This document shows, piece by piece, positions 1 through 4,282 of a DNA stretch of 5,822 nt. A model generated the notes under the pieces. The model saw only the letters and a program-made list of their open reading frames with translations. It made no database searches and had not been told where the DNA came from. Numbering within the stretch: position 1 is the stretch's first letter; every line of letters begins with the position of its first letter. The stretch covers positions 1 to 5,822 of the forward strand of contig PRDJ01000007.1 in the NCBI GenBank assembly GCA_003345555.1, in the 5' to 3' direction. The position numbers were made by a program, and so were the translations under genes. Origin of the DNA: Candidatus Thorarchaeota archaeon (GTDB taxonomy: Archaea; Asgardarchaeota; Thorarchaeia; Thorarchaeales; Thorarchaeaceae).

Positions 1-333
1 ACTCAGGAGCTCATCATGTTCTTCGGGGCATTAGCAATGATTCTCCCTGCGGCGTTTGCGGTTGGAACCAGGGCAAACTGCCGATACATATGCTGGATGG
101 CACCGATCATGATCGCGGGGACAGCCCTTCGAAAGCGAGCCGGATGGGCCGCGTTACATCTGGAAGCACATACAGAACTGTGCGAACAGTGCGGGACCTG
201 CAATAAGAGCTGTCCTATTAACCTTGACGTGATGGAAAGAGTACTAGAGGGTGAACTCTACCATCGGGAATGCATCCTCTGTGGTAGCTGCATTGACGCG
301 TGTCCACACAAGGCTATCACTTACGCCATATGA
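1..333 (+). CDS. 4Fe-4S binding protein, NapH/MauN/polyferredoxin-like membrane protein; C-terminal part only (5'-truncated by window edge)
   Basis: Frame is open from base 1 (ACT CAG GAG CTC ATC ATG...) to TGA at 331-333. A hydrophobic segment (MFFGALAMILPAAFAVG) is followed by CRYICW (CxxxCP-like motif of the NapH/MauN family) and two ferredoxin motifs, CEQCGTCNKSCP and CILCGSCIDACP. Confidence 0.85.
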   Translation, partial: TQELIMFFGALAMILPAAFAVGTRANCRYICWMAPIMIAGTALRKRAGWAALHLEAHTELCEQCGTCNKSCPINLDVMERVLEGELYHRECILCGSCIDACPHKAITYAI

Positions 334-615
334 GTGAAGACCTCCTCACTCAGCATCATGTGATTCTACTCGGGACATGAGGCATCCGGGTGCAAGTGTC
401 AGCCTCAGGACGACTACATATGACAGGAACTTCCGACTATGCATAGTCCACAGGCACAAGTCGTGCTGCCGTATTATGCATTACTCTCGAAGTCCACAAT
501 CCGCCTTTCGCGTCCCAATCTTGTCTTGTGAGTGACTTTTCAGATAGTCAGGTAAGCAGCAATCCTGAGAGTTGGGACATGGCCCCCATCACCTGTATCT
601 CAATCACTCCTGATT

Positions 616-655
616 AAGAAAGAAACCGAGCTGGCAGTACGCAGACTGCCAACTC
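616..655 (-). terminator. Putative intrinsic terminator of the thiolase-DUF35 operon
   Basis: Stem GAG-C-TGGCAGT (628-638) / ACTGCCA-A-CTC (645-655) has 10 pairs, one mismatch and a 6-nt loop. It begins 11 nt after the DUF35 stop and is followed on the minus strand by GGTTTCTTTCTT (pyrimidine/U-rich tract, 627-616). Confidence 0.55.
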
Positions 656-666
656 TAGGATTGGAC

Positions 667-1392
667 TCATTTGAGAGTCTTGACCCACTCATAGACAGGA
701 GCACAAAGTTCCTTGATGCGCTCCTTCTCCGGGTTCATCGGTCCCGGCTTCCAGCCATCTGCCGGTTCGAAGTGAAAGTCGGTGATAACCCCACGTCTTT
801 CCTCCTTCGGTGCCCAGACGACCTTGACTGGCATCTTGAACTCGGGATCCCAAGGCTTCACACCTCTTAGCTCATTCGCTATGGCGGTCTTGCATCCGTC
901 CACGACCACATAGGCCAGCACGAATGGCAATCTCTTGAGCGATGATTTCCCGCTCCAGCCCGCGATAGTAAACGTATGCACGTGCCCCTGAGGCTCTAGA
1001 CGAACCCAGTCAGTGCGCTGGAGTTCTTCATCAAGCCGCCAGCAGTTTACCCTTGGCGGGAAGAACTTGTCCCCACACCTTGGACATTGTGTGCCCCATA
1101 GCTCTCCGTCAAGAAAGCCGCGTCCCATCTTCGATAGCTCTGCCAGCTTCCAGTAGTACAATTGATCATAGTGCAAATCGATCAAGAGCTGCTGTTCTTT
1201 GGAGGACCATTCGTAACCCGCAAAGTGAAAGCCAACTTCCTTGACGTCGCCGCGAAAGTCATTTGTATGCTTGTCATCGTATTCAACCTTCAAGGGGATT
1301 GGATGCATACGTGGATCGACTGCCTTCTTCGGGGCAGGCTCTGGACGAGGAGCTGGCTTCTTCTCTGGAGCCTTCTGTGTCTTCTTGCTCAT
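667..1392 (-). CDS. DUF35-family Zn-ribbon/OB-fold protein (thiolase partner, ChsH2-C/BbsA-like) with N-terminal extension, 241 aa
   Basis: LWGTQCPRCGDKFFPPRVNC rubredoxin-like ribbon, followed by the OB-fold signature W-x-x-L-x-x-x-G-x-V-x-TFT...PFVLAYVVVDG...MPVKVVW...EERRGVITDFHFEP. It lies directly downstream of a thiolase-fold gene, the usual DUF35 context. ATG at 1392-1390, TGA at 669-667. Confidence 0.9.
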   Translation of the reverse strand: MSKKTQKAPEKKPAPRPEPAPKKAVDPRMHPIPLKVEYDDKHTNDFRGDVKEVGFHFAGYEWSSKEQQLLIDLHYDQLYYWKLAELSKMGRGFLDGELWGTQCPRCGDKFFPPRVNCWRLDEELQRTDWVRLEPQGHVHTFTIAGWSGKSSLKRLPFVLAYVVVDGCKTAIANELRGVKPWDPEFKMPVKVVWAPKEERRGVITDFHFEPADGWKPGPMNPEKERIKELCAPVYEWVKTLK

Positions 1393-1395
1393 TTC

Positions 1396-2658
1396 CTACG
1401 GCCTCCTGAAAATGAAGTTCGAAATGCTTGTCCCCGTGCCTGCGTGGCTGTTGACTAGGCCAGTGTTTGCATTCTTGACATAGGTCTTCGAACTTCGGTG
1501 TTTCTTTGGCGTCAAATCAGTGAGTTGATAGTAGCATTCCACGGCAGACATGATACCGGTGGCTCCCACAGGATGTCCATAACCCATCAGACCTCCACCT
1601 GGATTGACCGGAAGGTCCCCGCCCATGAACGTGCGCTTCTCGCGTACGAACTCTCTGATGTTGTCCTTGTTGCACCAGTGAAGTGCTTTGTATATCTGGA
1701 CTTCAGAGCTGCTAAATGCGTCGTGAATCTCCGCCACATCGATTGACTTCAGTGCCTTGTCGTATTCGATGCCAGCCATGTCATACGCATCTTCACCAGA
1801 TTTCCTACATGCGGCGAACTCGGTCATATCAGGGTAGCCTTCACCATACATTTCTGTCCACCCCGGAAAGTTGAGTCTGTCACCAGCTCGTATCGTACAA
1901 CTGCTGAGACCAGCCCCATCGATTACGACGTATCTGCCGTCTGCGTGCTTCTTCGCCCATTCTTCGCTCGTGATAAGACAGAATGCGCCGCCACGGCTCA
2001 TGAGGCAGCAGTCATAGCGCTTGAGTGGATAGCTCATCAACCTGCTCTTCATGACGTCATCTATTGTGAGATCTCTTTTGTATTGCTGATACTCGCCACG
2101 GTACCATTGAGACTTTTCGTTGTCAACAGCGTTATTCCGGTTCTTCACTGCAGCGAGCGCAAAGTCCTCCTCAGTGAGACCGTTTTCTTTCATGAACTTG
2201 TGAGCCATCGCTGCGTAGTAAATCGGATAGATGCCGCCTGCAAGCGCCTCGTATCGAGTATCCGACGCGAGCGCAATGAATTCGGAGCCTTGTGATTGAC
2301 TGACATTGTCCATGGTTTCCCATCCGGCTACGCCGATCACATCGAACATACCCGACTTTACTGCTAGGAAAGCCGCGTACAATGCTGACCCTCCCGTGTT
2401 ACCTCCGTTCTCTATACGGAAATGCGGCACACCCACGAGTCCCAGATGATCATGCACAATCCACTCCGGAGCAAGCTGCTTGCCGAAGTGGACAGAAAAG
2501 TGAGAGTAGACCATGAACTGCAAATTCCTGAGATGGAAGTCAGGGATGTCATGCTGTGTTTCCACAATGCAGTTCGCAATCATTGACTCAGGTTCCAAGT
2601 GCATGGGGTAATCAAAGGGGGTAGCTGCGCCGCCAGCTAGACAGACTCGACGACTCAT
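1396..2658 (-). CDS. Thiolase-fold protein of the SCP2/archaeal (lipid-transfer-protein-like) type, lacking the catalytic cysteines, 420 aa
   Basis: Family motifs: RIENGGNTGGSA (nucleophile loop), AGWETM, AAVKNRNNA, DVMKSRLMSYPL..YDCC, DVAEIHDAF, PVNPGGGLMGYGHPVGATG, and C-terminal LVNSHAGTG. ATG at 2658-2656, TAG at 1398-1396. Confidence 0.92.
   Translation of the reverse strand: MSRRVCLAGGAATPFDYPMHLEPESMIANCIVETQHDIPDFHLRNLQFMVYSHFSVHFGKQLAPEWIVHDHLGLVGVPHFRIENGGNTGGSALYAAFLAVKSGMFDVIGVAGWETMDNVSQSQGSEFIALASDTRYEALAGGIYPIYYAAMAHKFMKENGLTEEDFALAAVKNRNNAVDNEKSQWYRGEYQQYKRDLTIDDVMKSRLMSYPLKRYDCCLMSRGGAFCLITSEEWAKKHADGRYVVIDGAGLSSCTIRAGDRLNFPGWTEMYGEGYPDMTEFAACRKSGEDAYDMAGIEYDKALKSIDVAEIHDAFSSSEVQIYKALHWCNKDNIREFVREKRTFMGGDLPVNPGGGLMGYGHPVGATGIMSAVECYYQLTDLTPKKHRSSKTYVKNANTGLVNSHAGTGTSISNFIFRRP
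1402..1407 (-). promoter_or_regulatory. Shine-Dalgarno AGGAGG for the DUF35 gene, embedded in the last codons of the thiolase gene
   Basis: Minus strand reads TTC AGGAGG CCG TAG GAA ATG. AGGAGG lies 9 nt before the ATG at 1392, which supports that start and translational coupling. Confidence 0.6.
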
Positions 2659-2818
2659 CTTTGATCCTGTTTTCCCCTAGGCGACCGTCATAACTACTCG
2701 GTCGTTACGATGCGAGTCGAGGGAAGGTGGTACTTAACAGCTTCGGATGGCTTCGCGAATCACCAGCTTTATGGGCTTTGAGTTGGCAGAACCAACCTAT
2801 CCTGGAGAGGAGTCATGC

Positions 2819-3628
2819 ATGGAAGAAAGAAGCGTCGCAGACCTTGATGACTTGGCCAAGACTTCCCTCGCAACCCTGTATGTCCGAGCCAAAGAGACCC
2901 AAAGTCAGAATCCCATCGTGCGAGACCCGAAAGCTGTGGAAATGGTGGAGAAGATTGGATTCGACTTCCGGGAAGTAGCAAGGAAGTTCCACAAACACGA
3001 TCTCATATGCACCGCGATGAGAGTGAGGCGCTTTGACGAATACGTTCAGGATTTCCTTGCAAGATTCCCAAATGGAGTGGTCGTGAGTATAGGTTGCGGT
3101 TTGGACGATCGCTTCAGTCGCATCGACAACGGGCAGGTCATCTTCTATGACCTCGATTTCCCGGGGGTGATTGCCATGCGCAGAAGGTTCCTAACAGAAT
3201 CAGCCCGCAACCACTGCATCCCATCCTCTGCCCAAGACTTCACTTGGATGAACACACTCGAAACACTCAAACCCCGACCCTTCCTGTTCATTGCGGAGGG
3301 GGTCTTCCAGTATTTTTCGGAGGATGAGGTGAAGACCTTGATAGAGCAGCTCAGAAGTCGATTCCCCGGAGCAGAGATGGCCTTTGATGTCTGCAATACG
3401 TACATGGTCAAGAGAATGTCCCATCACAGTGCTCTGAAAGAAACGGAGGCAAGCCTTCGATGGGGAATCAAAGACAGCCGGGACATTGAGATTCTCTGTC
3501 CAGGCGTCAAGTTCTTGGATGATTGGTACTACTCCGATAAGTGGGAACGAAAACTAGGATTGTTCAATCTGGTGCTCAGGGTGCCGTTCTTCAAGAAGAT
3601 GATGTGGGCCGTTCGATACCAACTATGA
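2819..3628 (+). CDS. Class I SAM-dependent methyltransferase, TcmP/YktD/leucine-carboxyl-methyltransferase (LCM) family
   Basis: Motifs TSLATLYVRAKE, R..RFDEYV..FL, VVSIGCGLDDRF (motif I), FYDLDFP, FLFIAEGVFQYF and MAFD. The ORF track starts at 2747, but the ATG at 2819 (MEERSV...) follows GGAGAGGAG at 2804-2812 and better fits the family N-terminus, so it is the preferred start (inference). Confidence 0.88.
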   Translation: MEERSVADLDDLAKTSLATLYVRAKETQSQNPIVRDPKAVEMVEKIGFDFREVARKFHKHDLICTAMRVRRFDEYVQDFLARFPNGVVVSIGCGLDDRFSRIDNGQVIFYDLDFPGVIAMRRRFLTESARNHCIPSSAQDFTWMNTLETLKPRPFLFIAEGVFQYFSEDEVKTLIEQLRSRFPGAEMAFDVCNTYMVKRMSHHSALKETEASLRWGIKDSRDIEILCPGVKFLDDWYYSDKWERKLGLFNLVLRVPFFKKMMWAVRYQL

Positions 3629-3638
3629 AGCAGCTGAA

Positions 3639-4175
3639 TCAATGCTCCTTCCACCCGAGGCTTCTGAGCTCTGTTGACTCAAGATAGCTGTCCATCGCGA
3701 ACATGGTGAGAGTCCTATCAACTGCGGGCTTGTGCCTGAGGAAGTCGACAATGAAGTGGTTGATTTCATCAATGTCCCTAGCTCGGATTTTCAATAGCAC
3801 ATCGTACTCGCCGCTGAGGACATGAACATCCTGAACAAGTGGATGCTGCGCGATATCTTTGCAGAAGTCTCTTTGGGACAGCATTCCTTCCTGACCTGGA
3901 GCATAGTACCTTATTCTGATGAGCACGAAAGCAAGGGTCTGTCGGGATAGCTTGCCAGAGTCAAGTATGGCAGTGTATTTCTTGATGATACCAGAGCTTT
4001 CGAGCGCCTTGATCCTTGCATGAACTGTCGAGATTCCCTTGTCAACTTCCTTCGAGATTTCCATGATGCTCATCTTGCAGTTCTCTTGTAGCAACTGGAG
4101 TATTCTGATGTCTGTCTCGTCAAGTTCAGTTGCGCTTGGTGTCATAGACGACTTCTCCGAAATTCTTTCGGCCAT
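3639..4175 (-). CDS. Lrp/AsnC family transcriptional regulator
   Basis: N-terminal wHTH LDETDIRILQLLQENCKMSIMEISKEVDKGISTVHARIKALESSGIIKKYTAILD. RAM domain contains VHVLSGEYDVLLKI and VDRTLT. An alternative start at 4145 (MTPS...) is possible. Confidence 0.93.
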   Translation of the reverse strand: MAERISEKSSMTPSATELDETDIRILQLLQENCKMSIMEISKEVDKGISTVHARIKALESSGIIKKYTAILDSGKLSRQTLAFVLIRIRYYAPGQEGMLSQRDFCKDIAQHPLVQDVHVLSGEYDVLLKIRARDIDEINHFIVDFLRHKPAVDRTLTMFAMDSYLESTELRSLGWKEH

Positions 4176-4217
4176 ATGATATTTCTGCCGTACAAAACAG
4201 AAATACTTTCTTGTTTT
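4157..4217. promoter_or_regulatory. Candidate Lrp operator pair: CCGAAA-TTC-TTTCGG (4157-4171) and AGAAA-TAC-TTTCT (4199-4211)
   Basis: Two palindromes share the core GAAATWCTTTC (4159-4169 and 4200-4210), centres 41 bp apart, at the divergent lrp/glnA junction. The 5-3-5 architecture with an AT-rich centre resembles known Lrp-family sites such as E. coli Lrp AGAAT-TTT-ATTCT. Confidence 0.5.
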
Positions 4218-4221
4218 AGCG

Positions 4222-4237
4222 GCAAATGCTTATACTA
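4222..4237 (+). promoter_or_regulatory. Putative archaeal BRE/TATA promoter for glnA
   Basis: GCAAATGC-TTATAC-TA: purine-rich BRE-like element directly followed by a TTATA box (4230-4235), 47 nt before the glnA ATG, at the end of an AT-rich stretch (4176-4237, about 32% GC by hand count). Confidence 0.4.
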
Positions 4238-4282
4238 GGTTGAGGGTCACGCTAGCAAAACTCTTAGACGTGGACATAAGCA

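Noticed and set aside
331-352. TGA at 331 as selenocysteine, with the hairpin TGAGTGA-N8-TCACTCA as a recoding signal
   Set aside because: The ferredoxin domain is already complete (CPHKAITY), read-through adds only about 9 residues before another TGA, and the position is not a Cys-equivalent. The 7-bp hairpin may at most be a weak terminator.
661-2295. Plus-strand ORFs 661-870, 1053-1244, 1162-1458, 1241-1483, 1498-1746 and 1945-2295
   Set aside because: Antisense shadows of the well-supported thiolase and DUF35 genes, with no recognisable motifs.
667-2658. Archaeal mevalonate-pathway thiolase/DUF35/HMG-CoA synthase cluster
   Set aside because: No HMG-CoA synthase is adjacent, and the thiolase lacks the Cys needed for acetoacetyl-CoA synthesis.
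2747-2818. Longer methyltransferase N-terminus from ATG 2747 as in the ORF track
   Set aside because: The extra 24 residues do not resemble the family and would consume the promoter space. A good SD precedes ATG 2819.
2727-3427. ORFs 2727-2978 (+), 2769-2981 (-), 2813-2998 (-), 3145-3411 (-) and 3200-3427 (-)
   Set aside because: They overlap the methyltransferase CDS in other frames or strands and show no family signatures.
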